From Alphaproteobacteria bacterium (GTDB taxonomy: Bacteria; Pseudomonadota; Alphaproteobacteria; UBA8366): a stretch of 64,000 bases of DNA. Under the pieces are notes generated by a model. That model was given only the letters and a program-made list of their open reading frames with translations, ran no database searches and was not told the origin of the DNA. The DNA lies in NCBI GenBank assembly GCA_009377445.1, contig WHUA01000004.1, positions 85,273 through 149,272 of the forward strand. The letters are read 5' to 3'. Positions 1-8,965 of the stretch are shown here, piece by piece; position 1 is the stretch's first letter, and each line of letters starts with the position of its first letter. The position numbers were made by a program, and so were the translations under genes.

Positions 1-84
1 CTTCCGATGGCCGACAGCGCCGGCATACTACAAGACGAGCCGGCAACTTGGAACGGCCATGCGGGGCCTAAATCGGCCTCTGCT

Positions 85-654
85 TCACCGGGAGCCGTGC
101 TGCGCCAGCAGCTTCTGCCGACCGACCGCAACGGCGAGCGCCGTCAGCAGATCGGCGACGAACTGCCGTGTCGGCGCGTCCACGAGCTTGCCGTCCTTGA
201 AGACCTGCGCCGCGCCGCCGACCATGACTTCGGGCCTGTTGAGCACGGCGGCATTGAGAAAGACGAAGCATTGCCGCAGATGGTACTGCGCGCGCGCAGT
301 GCCGAGCCGTCCCGGGCTCGCGCCCATGATGCCGACGATCTTCCCGTCGAACGGCTGCTCTGGCGGCCGCGAGGCCCAGTCGATCGCGTTCTTGAGTACG
401 CCGGGAATCGAGTAGTTGTATTCCGGCGTGGCGATCAGCACGGCGTCGGCCGCCTTGATCTGGTCGCGCAGCGCCTGCACCGGCGCCGGATAGCCCTTTT
501 CGCGGACATCGTCGTTGTACAACGGCAGCGTCGAAATATCGGCGGCGCCGATCGACATGCCCGCGGGCGCGAGCTCCTGTGCCGCGCGCAGCAGCGCCGT
601 GTTGAAAGAATCCTTGCGCAGGCTACCCGAGATGCCGAGAAGCTGGATCGTCAC
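85..654 (-). CDS. NAD(P)H-dependent FMN reductase family protein (ChrR/YieF/SsuE-like)
   Basis: 189-aa ORF with a GTG start just downstream of GAGGGGGA. The motifs MTIQLLGISGSLRKDSFN and IATPEYNYSIPGVLKNAIDW are typical of this flavodoxin-like family. Confidence 0.85.
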   Translation of the reverse strand: MTIQLLGISGSLRKDSFNTALLRAAQELAPAGMSIGAADISTLPLYNDDVREKGYPAPVQALRDQIKAADAVLIATPEYNYSIPGVLKNAIDWASRPPEQPFDGKIVGIMGASPGRLGTARAQYHLRQCFVFLNAAVLNRPEVMVGGAAQVFKDGKLVDAPTRQFVADLLTALAVAVGRQKLLAQHGSR

Positions 655-709
655 GGCGGTGTTCCCCCTCTTGTGGACTGTCTACAGATGGGTCGCGCGG
701 CCGGCGGGA

Positions 710-1609
710 TCAACCCGGCGCCGCAGCCGCCGGCACGATGACCTCGATCCCCCTGGGATCCATGCCGATCTCCAACGGCAGGCCGCCGATGATATCGCCG
801 TCGCCATGGACGGGATCTCCGCGGTCGCCCTCGATGCCGATCCGCGTCGCGCGCACGATCTCGATGTCCCGCCGGTGGTGCAGCGAGCCAAGCAGCAGCG
901 CCAGGCTATAGCGTACAACCGAAAGCCGCCCCCGGCTCTTGAACAGGCAGACATGGAGACAGGCGTCGGTCAGGCTCGCCGCCGGAGCGCAGGTGAACCT
1001 TCCGGCGTAGTAATGCCCGTTGGCGAAGACGGCAGAGGCTGCGGCATGCCCGACGCCATCCAGGGTGAGCAGAAAGCGCTGCGGCCGGTACCGGACGATT
1101 TCGACCAGCGACTGCCAAACGTAGGCGCCCTTGCCGGCCGCGCGCTTTATCCGCGGATCGATTCCCCGCACCACATGGGCGTCGAAGCCGACCCCCGCCA
1201 TCATCGCGAAGCGCCGGCCGGATGCGAGGCCGAGATCGATATGCCGGCGCCGGCCTTCGAGCAACGTGCGGGCGATTCCTTCCGCAGACAGCGGCAAGCC
1301 GAGCTCGGCGGCCAGCACGTTTGCGGTTCCCATGGGAATCAGCCCGAGCGGCAGGGGCGAGCGCGGCATCCCGTTCAGCACCTCGTTGATGGTGCCGTCG
1401 CCGCCGGCGACCGCGACGGCGTCGTGGAGATCGGGCGCCGCCGCCGCCGCGAGCCGTTCCGCATCGCCGCGTTTTCCCGTCCTGCAGAGCGCGACGGTGC
1501 ATCCGGCCAGCCGCAGCCGCTCCACGACCTGGTCGAGCAGAGCCGCACGGCGGCGGCCCGAAACCGGGTTGTGAATGATCAGGATTCGCGGGAATTGCAT
1601 CGAGGACAC
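710..1609 (-). CDS. Lipid kinase, diacylglycerol-kinase catalytic domain family (YegS/BmrU-like)
   Basis: 299-aa ORF with ILIIHNPVSGRRRA and AVAGGDGTINEVLNGM (GGDGT motif). The start is ambiguous: GTG at 1609 or ATG at 1600. Confidence 0.85.
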   Translation of the reverse strand: MSSMQFPRILIIHNPVSGRRRAALLDQVVERLRLAGCTVALCRTGKRGDAERLAAAAAPDLHDAVAVAGGDGTINEVLNGMPRSPLPLGLIPMGTANVLAAELGLPLSAEGIARTLLEGRRRHIDLGLASGRRFAMMAGVGFDAHVVRGIDPRIKRAAGKGAYVWQSLVEIVRYRPQRFLLTLDGVGHAAASAVFANGHYYAGRFTCAPAASLTDACLHVCLFKSRGRLSVVRYSLALLLGSLHHRRDIEIVRATRIGIEGDRGDPVHGDGDIIGGLPLEIGMDPRGIEVIVPAAAAPG

Positions 1610-1815
1610 GCCAGGGAACCGGCCTTCAGGAAGAGCAGACGGCCCGCCCGGCCATCACGGAACTGTAAAATTAGTGCAAGAAAATCCGGTTTTTGTTTCC
1701 GTTCTGTTACGGATATTTGAATATTTGGCGAATACACATCCATTACTATTGTTATCTAAATATTCGGCGTCTATATCCCAGATAAAATAGACAGTTATTA
1801 AAACGGGGATTGGTC

Positions 1816-2634
1816 ATGCACGGAATTCGCGGTGTCAGCACCTACCGCACCATTTGGATTTCCGACACGCATCTCGGCACGCGGGGCTGCAAGGCCGAGT
1901 ACCTCCTCGATTTCCTGAAGTATACGCGATCCGAGAACCTTTACCTCATCGGCGATATCGTCGACGGCTGGCGGCTGAAGCGATCCTGGTACTGGCCGCA
2001 GACGCACAACGATGTCCTGCAAAAACTGCTGCGAACGGCGCCCAAGGGAGCGAAGGTCATCTACGTTCCCGGAAATCACGACGAAGCAGCCCGGCAATTT
2101 GCCGGGCTTCAATTTGGCGGCATCGACGTCGCGCACGATTGCGTTCACGAGATGGTCGACGGGCGTCGTTTCCTGATCACGCATGGCGACGAGTTCGACG
2201 TGATCGTGCGCTACGCCCGATGGATCGCGCTGCTGGGGGATTGGGCCTACACGCTGTTGCTGTGGATCAATCACCACTTCAACGGGCTTCGCCGGGTCTT
2301 CGGCTTTCCCTACTGGTCGCTGTCCGCCTATCTCAAGCACAAGGTCAAGAACGCGGTCGAATACATCAGCCAGTACGAGGCCGCGGTGGCCGCGACCGCC
2401 CGCCAGCGCGGCCTCGATGGCGTGGTCTGCGGCCACATTCACAATGCCGAGATACGCCAGATCGACGGCATTCTCTACTGCAACGACGGCGACTGGGTGG
2501 AAAGCTGCACCGCGCTGGTGGAGCACCTGGACGGCACGCTGGAGCTGATCCACTGGGCGCAGCTTTACCCCGAAGCCATCCCGCAGGCCACGCGCGGCCG
2601 GGACCGCGCAAAGCAGCTCCTGCCGGCCGGGTAG
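1816..2634 (+). CDS. LpxH-family metallophosphoesterase (UDP-2,3-diacylglucosamine diphosphatase-like)
   Basis: Contains the metallophosphoesterase motifs WISDTHLG, GDIVDGW, VPGNHDE, THGDEFD and CGHIHNA. ATG at 1816 is preferred over the TTG at 1810 used in the ORF track. Confidence 0.8.
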   Translation: MHGIRGVSTYRTIWISDTHLGTRGCKAEYLLDFLKYTRSENLYLIGDIVDGWRLKRSWYWPQTHNDVLQKLLRTAPKGAKVIYVPGNHDEAARQFAGLQFGGIDVAHDCVHEMVDGRRFLITHGDEFDVIVRYARWIALLGDWAYTLLLWINHHFNGLRRVFGFPYWSLSAYLKHKVKNAVEYISQYEAAVAATARQRGLDGVVCGHIHNAEIRQIDGILYCNDGDWVESCTALVEHLDGTLELIHWAQLYPEAIPQATRGRDRAKQLLPAG

Positions 2635-2657
2635 CGCCGATCGCGGCAGCACACGTC

Positions 2658-3713
2658 ATGCGCATCCTGATCGTGAGCGACGCCTGGTTCCCGCAGATCA
2701 ACGGCGTCGTCCGCACCCTCAGCACGGTGGCCGGCGAGCTCCGCTGCCTCGGCCATGACGTGTCGGTCATCGGCCCGCACCGCTTCCGGACGATCCCCTG
2801 CCCGACTTACCCCGACATCCGCCTCGCCGTGGACGCCCACCGCAAGCTGCCACGGCTGATAGAGGCCTACCGGCCGGACGCCATCCACATTTCGACGGAG
2901 GGGCCGCTCGGCTTCGCGGCGCGGCGCTATTGCCGGCGCAGGGGCCTCGCCTTCACCACCGCCTATCACACCAAGTTTCCCGAATACATCGAGGCCCGCA
3001 CCGGCTTTCCACCCGCCTGGACCTACCGGGTGATGCGCAGGTTTCATTCGGCCGCGGCACGGGTCATGGTTTCGACCGGATCGATCGAAGCGGAGCTGCG
3101 GCGCAACGGCTTCGACAACATCGTCCGCTGGTCGCGCGGCGTCGATACCGCGCTGTTCAGGCCGCGCGAAAAATCGTTCCTCGCCGATCCGCGGCCGATC
3201 GCGCTTTATGTCGGCCGCGTTGCCGTCGAGAAGAATATCGCGGCCTTTCTCGAGCTTCCGTTCGCGGGCACGAAGTATGTCGTCGGCGACGGGCCGCAGC
3301 TCCGCCTGCTGCGCCGCCGCTACCCGAGCGTCCGCTTCGTCGGCGTGAAGACCGGCGAAGATCTCGCCCGTCACTATGCGGCCAGCGACGTTTTCGTTTT
3401 TCCGAGCCGGACCGACACCTTCGGCCTGGTCCTGCTCGAGGCGCTCGCCTCCGGAGTCCCGGTCGCGGCCTTTCCGGTTGCGGGCCCGCTCGACGTAATC
3501 GGCGCCGCGCCAGCCGGATGCCTCGCCGACGACCTCGCCGTTGCCGTCGCCGGGGCGCTGAAGCTGTCGCCAAAGGCGTGCCGGGAACATGCCCTCCGCT
3601 TTTCCTGGCGGAGCTCGGCGGAGCAATTCCTGCGCAATCTCGTGCCGGCGCTCGAACGCAGCACCGCCAACGCCGCCCAGACAGCCACCGCCCCCGATAG
3701 CATACGATCCTGA
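2658..3713 (+). CDS. Glycosyltransferase, GT-B fold (family 4-like)
   Basis: An internal ATG at 2658 in the long ORF 1854..3713 gives MRILIVSDAWFPQINGVVRT. The C-terminal FVFPSRTDTFGLVLLEALASGVPV matches the GT4 E-x7-E region. The upstream part of the ORF overlaps the LpxH-like gene in another frame. Confidence 0.85.
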   Translation: MRILIVSDAWFPQINGVVRTLSTVAGELRCLGHDVSVIGPHRFRTIPCPTYPDIRLAVDAHRKLPRLIEAYRPDAIHISTEGPLGFAARRYCRRRGLAFTTAYHTKFPEYIEARTGFPPAWTYRVMRRFHSAAARVMVSTGSIEAELRRNGFDNIVRWSRGVDTALFRPREKSFLADPRPIALYVGRVAVEKNIAAFLELPFAGTKYVVGDGPQLRLLRRRYPSVRFVGVKTGEDLARHYAASDVFVFPSRTDTFGLVLLEALASGVPVAAFPVAGPLDVIGAAPAGCLADDLAVAVAGALKLSPKACREHALRFSWRSSAEQFLRNLVPALERSTANAAQTATAPDSIRS

Positions 3714-3735
3714 GCCGCGCGCATTACGAATTCCT

Positions 3736-4434
3736 ATGACGCCCCGTTCGCGGTACTATGATCCCATGACCGATCCGCACTCGATATCGGCGGGGCGGCC
3801 AAGCTTGGCCGTGACCGCCGAACCGCGCAGCGCCGTCCCGATCTATCTGTTCGCCTTCTATGTCGTGTTCTGGATCGTCATGGCGATCGCGCCGCACGAC
3901 CGCTTCGCCTGGTTCCTGGAGAACCTTCTGGTCTTTCTCGGCGTCGCCTGGCTGATCCGCAGTTACCTGCGGCGCCCTTTGTCAAATGCGAGCTACGTCC
4001 TCATTACCATTTTCTTCTGCATGCACACGCTGGGATCCCACTACACCTATTCCGAGACGCCGCTGGGGTTCTGGATCAGCGATCTGCTCGGCATCGAGCG
4101 CAATCACTACGACCGGATCGTGCATTTCAGCTTCGGGCTGCTGCTGTGCTATCCGCTGCACCAGTACATCACGCGGGAGGCGCAGCCGCGCGGCGACTGG
4201 TCGCTGATATTTGCCGTGCTGGTCGTTTCCACCTGCAGCCTGTTCTACGAAATCATCGAATGGATCGTCGCCGTCGTGGTGAGCTCGGATGCCGCGATGG
4301 CCTTTCTCGGGACGCAGGGCGACGTCTTCGACGCCCACAAGGACAGCGCGCTGGCCGTCGTCGGCTCGGTCATCGCGGCCACGATCGCGCATTTCCTGAG
4401 AAAGAAACGCGCCGTTCATGCCGGCGTGGCGTAG
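3736..4434 (+). CDS. DUF2238/YjdF-like inner membrane protein
   Basis: Multi-pass hydrophobic protein. The motif HTLGSHYTYSETPLGFW...ERNHYDRIVHFSFG matches the YjdF family signature as I recall it. ATG 3736 was chosen because the ORF track start at 3589 lies inside the preceding gene. Confidence 0.7.
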   Translation: MTPRSRYYDPMTDPHSISAGRPSLAVTAEPRSAVPIYLFAFYVVFWIVMAIAPHDRFAWFLENLLVFLGVAWLIRSYLRRPLSNASYVLITIFFCMHTLGSHYTYSETPLGFWISDLLGIERNHYDRIVHFSFGLLLCYPLHQYITREAQPRGDWSLIFAVLVVSTCSLFYEIIEWIVAVVVSSDAAMAFLGTQGDVFDAHKDSALAVVGSVIAATIAHFLRKKRAVHAGVA

Positions 4435-4468
4435 CGGCCGGATTGCGCGTACGCATCCTTCGACAGGC

Positions 4469-4738
4469 TCAGCGCTCCGGCTCGATCTCCTTGCGGGTCA
4501 TAAGGATGTCGTAGACCCGGGCTGCGCTTCCGCTCAGGCGCTTCCCGAGCTTACCCATGACGTCGCTTTCGGCCTCCGCCCAGGCAATCGCCTCGTTCAC
4601 GTCGCCCGCCGTGGCGCCCGTCGAAAGGATCTCCGCAATCTTGGCGTCGCCGAGATCGCCTACCAGCGCGACGAGCTCGTCGCGCGTCAGGCCTTGCCCA
4701 CAATCGCCCGCCCCTTCCAAATCCTTCTGGACCGTCAT
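4469..4738 (-). CDS. Hypothetical small protein (89 aa)
   Basis: ATG at 4738 is preceded by GAGGTGA at good spacing, and third-position GC is high. I recognise no family. Confidence 0.5.
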   Translation of the reverse strand: MTVQKDLEGAGDCGQGLTRDELVALVGDLGDAKIAEILSTGATAGDVNEAIAWAEAESDVMGKLGKRLSGSAARVYDILMTRKEIEPER

Positions 4739-4902
4739 CGGATCACCTCGTATTTGCTCGCGCCCGTTGACAGGAAACCCGCAGCTTGCCTCCTCCCACG
4801 ATTGGCACCTCGCCGCAACGCATCGAGTCAACGCGAACGCGCGCGTCCCTGCGTTGACTCAGATCAATCTGGAAACCTGGCTTGCCCGGGGATCGCTTGC
4901 GT

Positions 4903-5409
4903 CTAATGAACGGCGCAATCGAAACGGCAGCCGATGTGGCGATCGCGATTGCCCGCCAGGCGAATGCCGCTGCGGTCCATCGCTTCGGCGACGAAGCCGA
5001 CGGGATGGAACGCGATACGCGCCGCCGCCGGGGGAACCCAGTCGTCCAGATACATATGCGTGCTGACGGCGTCGCCGTGCTGGCGCGCCTCGATCATGCC
5101 GAGCACCATCGTCTCGTCCAGGCTCACCATGCTGCACCCGACGCAACGCACGTCGATCGTCCGCTTGGCGCTGGCGGCGACGATCCGCATGAGATAGTCG
5201 AAAGCGACGAAGGCATCGCCGATCCGCGCGTGCGCAAATGCCTGGCGCAGCTCTCCCTGGTCCTTATCGTCGGTGCGCATGGCGGCTACCCACTTGCGCA
5301 GCGCCCAGACGGTGAACTGTTCGGCGAATCTCAGGTTCTTGAATAGCAAGTCGCCGGGAATGGGCGTCTCTGCGCTGTGGGATTCGCAAATATGGCTTTC
5401 GTCCGGCAT
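4903..5409 (-). CDS. Hypothetical protein (168 aa)
   Basis: ATG at 5409 is preceded by GGAGGGG. The upstream part of ORF 4903..5538 is AT-rich and spans an inverted repeat, so it is probably non-coding. I recognise no family. Confidence 0.5.
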   Translation of the reverse strand: MPDESHICESHSAETPIPGDLLFKNLRFAEQFTVWALRKWVAAMRTDDKDQGELRQAFAHARIGDAFVAFDYLMRIVAASAKRTIDVRCVGCSMVSLDETMVLGMIEARQHGDAVSTHMYLDDWVPPAAARIAFHPVGFVAEAMDRSGIRLAGNRDRHIGCRFDCAVH

Positions 5410-5594
5410 CGGTGTTGGCCCCTCCGCTGTTGGCTCGACACGGATTTCATCTCCTTTATATTGCGAATGAGTATCATATGCAATATAAGACGAGGCGAGG
5501 ACGCCAATTTCCTCATGCTGCGACTTGCAAACTCGCACCCAAGCGGAAAACCGCGCCTCCCAACGAAAGGGGGCGCGGTTTTTCGCAGGTTGCT

Positions 5595-6146
5595 CTAGGC
5601 AGCGTCGTCGAGCCTGCTCGCACCGGCCCGTTCGCCGTCCAGTACGGCGGCGGCGGCATGAACGACCGCCGCGATCTTCACGGCCGCTTGAACCTGCTCA
5701 GGCCGCACGCCTGCCTTCCGCAGCTCCTTCTCATGCGCGTCGATGCACATGCCGCAACCGTTGATCGCCGATACCGCGAGGGACCACAGCTCGAAGTCCG
5801 CACGGTCGACGCCGGGATTGCCGATCACGTTCATCCGGAGTCCCGCTCGCATGGCGCCGTACTCGGGCGCGGAGGCCAAATGCACGAAGCGGTAGTAGAT
5901 GTTGTTCATCGCCATGACCGCCGCGGCCGCCTTCGCCGCGTTCAGCGCCTCGGCGGAGAGGCGCGTTGCCGCCTCCGCCTCCACCGCCGCGATGACCGCG
6001 CCGTTGCGGCTCGCCAGCGCGGCGGCAACCAGCGTGCCGTAGCGCTGCTGCTCGCTCAACGCCTCGTCGTCGACGACGCTGGAGAGATTCAGCTTGATAT
6101 CCTTGGCATAGGCCGGAAGGGCCTGTTTTATGTTGTCGAGGGACAT
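5595..6146 (-). CDS. ahpD: Alkyl hydroperoxidase AhpD
   Basis: 183-aa product [21 protein letters not shown]... with the carboxymuconolactone-decarboxylase-type CxxC motif ([11 protein letters not shown]). It lies immediately downstream of ahpC. The longer ORF 5595..6611 is an artefact. Confidence 0.9.
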   Translation of the reverse strand: MSLDNIKQALPAYAKDIKLNLSSVVDDEALSEQQRYGTLVAAALASRNGAVIAAVEAEAATRLSAEALNAAKAAAAVMAMNNIYYRFVHLASAPEYGAMRAGLRMNVIGNPGVDRADFELWSLAVSAINGCGMCIDAHEKELRKAGVRPEQVQAAVKIAAVVHAAAAVLDGERAGASRLDDAA

Positions 6147-6184
6147 CGCGTCCTCCTGTTCCTGCCGGTTCTCAGTCCGATGCG

Positions 6185-6736
6185 TCACGCCGCGAGCGTC
6201 ACGCCGCCGACCTGGCGGTTGCACGGACAGAGCTCGTCCGTCTGCAGCGCGTCGAGCACGCGAAGGACCTCGCGCGGGTTGCGGCCGACATTGAGGTTGT
6301 TGACCGACACATGCTGGATCACGTTGTGCGGGTCGACGATGAAGGTCGCGCGCAGCGCCACGCCGTCCGGCGAGCGGACGCCGAGACCGTCGACCAGCGA
6401 TCCGTTCGTATCTGCGAAGGACCACTGGCTGAGCTTGCTCAGGTCGGGATGGTCGCGCCGCCACGCGAGCTTGCAGAACTCGTTGTCGGTGCTGCCGCCC
6501 ATGACGATGCAGTCGCGATCGGCGAAGTCCTCCTCCAACGCGGCGAACTCGACGATTTCGGTCGGGCAGACGAAGGTGTAGTCCTTCGGATAGAAGAAGA
6601 TGACCTTCCATTTGCCCGGAAAGCTGTCGGGCGTGACCGTCTCGAATGCGGTCTGGCCGTTTTCTTCATGATTGTTGAAGCCGGGACGCACGCCGGTCAC
6701 GGAAAATTCGGGAAGGGTATCGCCTACGCAAAGCAT
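6185..6736 (-). CDS. ahpC: Peroxiredoxin AhpC (AhpC/TSA family)
   Basis: Carries the peroxidatic Cys motif [14 protein letters not shown] and a resolving Cys near the C terminus (ELCPCN). Divergent from oxyR. Confidence 0.9.
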   Translation of the reverse strand: MLCVGDTLPEFSVTGVRPGFNNHEENGQTAFETVTPDSFPGKWKVIFFYPKDYTFVCPTEIVEFAALEEDFADRDCIVMGGSTDNEFCKLAWRRDHPDLSKLSQWSFADTNGSLVDGLGVRSPDGVALRATFIVDPHNVIQHVSVNNLNVGRNPREVLRVLDALQTDELCPCNRQVGGVTLAA

Positions 6737-6790
6737 TGAAGTCTCCTGGTCTGAGGGTTAGAGCGCGAGATGCTGTTGACCTGAGACAAC

Positions 6791-6830
6791 ATAGGCATAA
6801 ATTAGAATGCATCTAATTGTTAATAACGTT
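6791..6830. promoter_or_regulatory. Candidate OxyR/LysR operator in the ahpC-oxyR divergent intergenic region
   Basis: The sequence ATAG-N7-TTAG-N7-CTAA-N7-TAAC is spaced like the OxyR tetranucleotide consensus. It contains a perfect 7-bp inverted repeat AATTAGA-N5-TCTAATT at 6800..6818. Confidence 0.45.
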
Positions 6831-6853
6831 AACTGCCATCGGTCGAAACGATA

Positions 6854-7894
6854 ATGAGCCACGCAGCCCAGCCGCAGCCCGACCGCCAGATTCCGGCTTT
6901 GCCGACGCTGCGCCAGCTCCAATACCTGATCGCGCTAGCCAAATACCGCTCCTTCAGCCGTGCCGCGGCCGCCTGCTGCGTCACCCAGTCGACGCTCAGC
7001 GGCGCCATAAAGGAGCTCGAATCGACGCTGGGCGCCCGCCTTGTCGACCGCGACAACCGAAGCGTGATCGTCACCGGCGCCGGGGAGGACGCCCTCGCCC
7101 GCGCGCGGCGGATCGTCGCCGACGCGGAAGCGCTGCTCGACTGGGCGCGTCGCGGTTCCGGGCCGCTTTCCGGGACGCTGCGGCTCGGGATCATCCCGAC
7201 CATCGCACCCTTCTTGCTGCCCCGCGCGCTGCCGCGGCTCAAGGGGGCCTTCCCCGACCTCGTTTTGCGGCTGCGCGAGGAAACCACCGCAAAGCTGCTC
7301 GATTCCCTTCGGGCGGGCGAGCTAGATCTCGTCCTGATGGCCTTTCCCTATGACGCGCCGGGGCTCGAAACGGCGATCGTCGCGGAGGATCCGCTCATGC
7401 TGACCGAGCCGGGCACGGCGGCGGATGCGAAGCCGCGCGCCGGCATGGACGACCTGGCCGGGCGCCCGCTGCTGCTGCTGGAGGACGGCCATTGCCTGCG
7501 CGATCACGCGCTGGCCGCCTGCTCGCTCCCGAGCGCCCGGGTGGACGAGTTCGGCGCGACGAGCCTGTTCACCCTGGCGCGCATGGTGGAGGCGGGCTAC
7601 GGCGTCACGCTGCTGCCGAAGCTCGCCGTCGACGCCGGCCTTTGCGACAGCGCGAAGGTCACCGTCCGGCCCCTGAATTCGGCGGCGCCTGCGCGCCGGA
7701 TCGGCCTCGCCTGGCGCCGCAACGCGAGCCGCGCGGAGGAATACAGGCTATTGCTCGATTTCCTCAAGGATTCGGGGCTGTTCGGAACACCGGCCGTCCT
7801 CCCTCACCGGTCGCCGCCGAGCCAGCCTTTCCGCCAGAACATGACAAGCATGCCGGCCGCAACCAGCGCCATCAAAAGCAGCGCGAAGGGATAG
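6854..7894 (+). CDS. oxyR: LysR-family peroxide-sensing regulator OxyR
   Basis: The N-terminal HTH is LRQLQYLIALAKYRSFSRAAAACCVTQSTLSGAIKELE. LLLLEDGHCLRDHALAAC aligns with the E. coli OxyR redox Cys199/Cys208 segment. The 3' end runs 91 nt into the convergent corA. Confidence 0.88.
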   Translation: MSHAAQPQPDRQIPALPTLRQLQYLIALAKYRSFSRAAAACCVTQSTLSGAIKELESTLGARLVDRDNRSVIVTGAGEDALARARRIVADAEALLDWARRGSGPLSGTLRLGIIPTIAPFLLPRALPRLKGAFPDLVLRLREETTAKLLDSLRAGELDLVLMAFPYDAPGLETAIVAEDPLMLTEPGTAADAKPRAGMDDLAGRPLLLLEDGHCLRDHALAACSLPSARVDEFGATSLFTLARMVEAGYGVTLLPKLAVDAGLCDSAKVTVRPLNSAAPARRIGLAWRRNASRAEEYRLLLDFLKDSGLFGTPAVLPHRSPPSQPFRQNMTSMPAATSAIKSSAKG

Positions 7895-8913
7895 CCCAGG
7901 TACCAGTTCAGCTCCGGCATGTTCCAGGGCGACGTTTCCGTGTTGAAATTCATGCCGAAGATGCTGGCGATGACGCTGAGCGGCATGAAGATGGTGGCGA
8001 TGATCGTCAGGACCTTCATGATCTCGTTCATGCGGTTGCTGACGGTCGACAGGTACAGCTCGAACAGGTTGGTCGCGAAGTCCCGGTAGGTCTCGGTCAT
8101 GTCGAGCAACTGCACCGTGTGGTCGTAGCAGTCCCGAAGAAAGATCTGCGTCGTTTCCGTAAACCCGACATAGGCGTCGCGGCTCAAGGCGGCGAGCATC
8201 TCGCGCTGCGCCCAGATCGTCTTGCGCAGCAGGAACAGATCGCGTCGCGCCGCGTGGATCTGCCGGACGACGGACTTGTTCGCCCGCTCGACCACCAACA
8301 GCTCGAGCTGCTCGATCAAATCGCCGTAGCGCTCGACCGGCGCGAAATAGTTATCCACCAATGTGTCGATCAGCGCATAGGCCAGGTAATCCGGCCCGCC
8401 CTTGCGCAGCCTGCCCCGCCCGTGCCGGATGCGCTCGCGGAGCGCCCCGAAGCAATCGCCCGGCCGCTCCTGAAACGTCAGCACGAAGCGCTCGCCGACG
8501 AATATCGAGAATTGTTCGGTCGCCAGCGCCGGTTCAGCGTTCAGCATGTTGCAGACGATGAACGTGAAATCCTCGTAATCCTCGACCTTCGGGCGCTGAT
8601 GCACGTTGACCACGTCCTCCAGCGCCAGGCTGTGCAGCCGGAAGATGCGTCCAAGCCCCTCGATGACGGCCGCCGTGCCGAGCCCCGTCACGTCGATCCA
8701 TACGACCGGCCAGCGCTTCAACAAGCCGGGAATGGCCTCCAGCGATATATCTTCGGCCGACTCCACGTCGTCCGGCCCATAGGCGAGGACATTCATGCGC
8801 GACGGCAGCGCGTCCTCGTGCACGACGATGCTTCCGGGCGGCGCGCCGGGCGTCGAGCGCCGCCGCGACCGCGGGATCGGGTAACGCACATGCCGCTTGC
8901 TCTTCGTCGACAT
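7804..8913 (-). CDS. corA: Magnesium/cobalt transporter CorA
   Basis: Has the C-terminal two-TM region with the GMN motif (IFGMNFNTETSPW) and a typical cytoplasmic N-terminal domain. Confidence 0.88.
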   Translation of the reverse strand: MSTKSKRHVRYPIPRSRRRSTPGAPPGSIVVHEDALPSRMNVLAYGPDDVESAEDISLEAIPGLLKRWPVVWIDVTGLGTAAVIEGLGRIFRLHSLALEDVVNVHQRPKVEDYEDFTFIVCNMLNAEPALATEQFSIFVGERFVLTFQERPGDCFGALRERIRHGRGRLRKGGPDYLAYALIDTLVDNYFAPVERYGDLIEQLELLVVERANKSVVRQIHAARRDLFLLRKTIWAQREMLAALSRDAYVGFTETTQIFLRDCYDHTVQLLDMTETYRDFATNLFELYLSTVSNRMNEIMKVLTIIATIFMPLSVIASIFGMNFNTETSPWNMPELNWYLGYPFALLLMALVAAGMLVMFWRKGWLGGDR

Positions 8914-8965
8914 CGTCCATCTCCGGTTGGGGCGAGCGCTGGGGCGGATATCATACCGCCGCCGC

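Noticed and set aside
1854-3713. Very long fused ORFs (1854-3713, 13835-17776, 23446-25773, 18564-20192, 5595-6611, 52607-53635) that suggest giant proteins.
   Set aside because: In each case only the 3' part has family motifs and begins at an internal ATG or GTG with an SD. The 5' part overlaps the preceding real gene in another frame.
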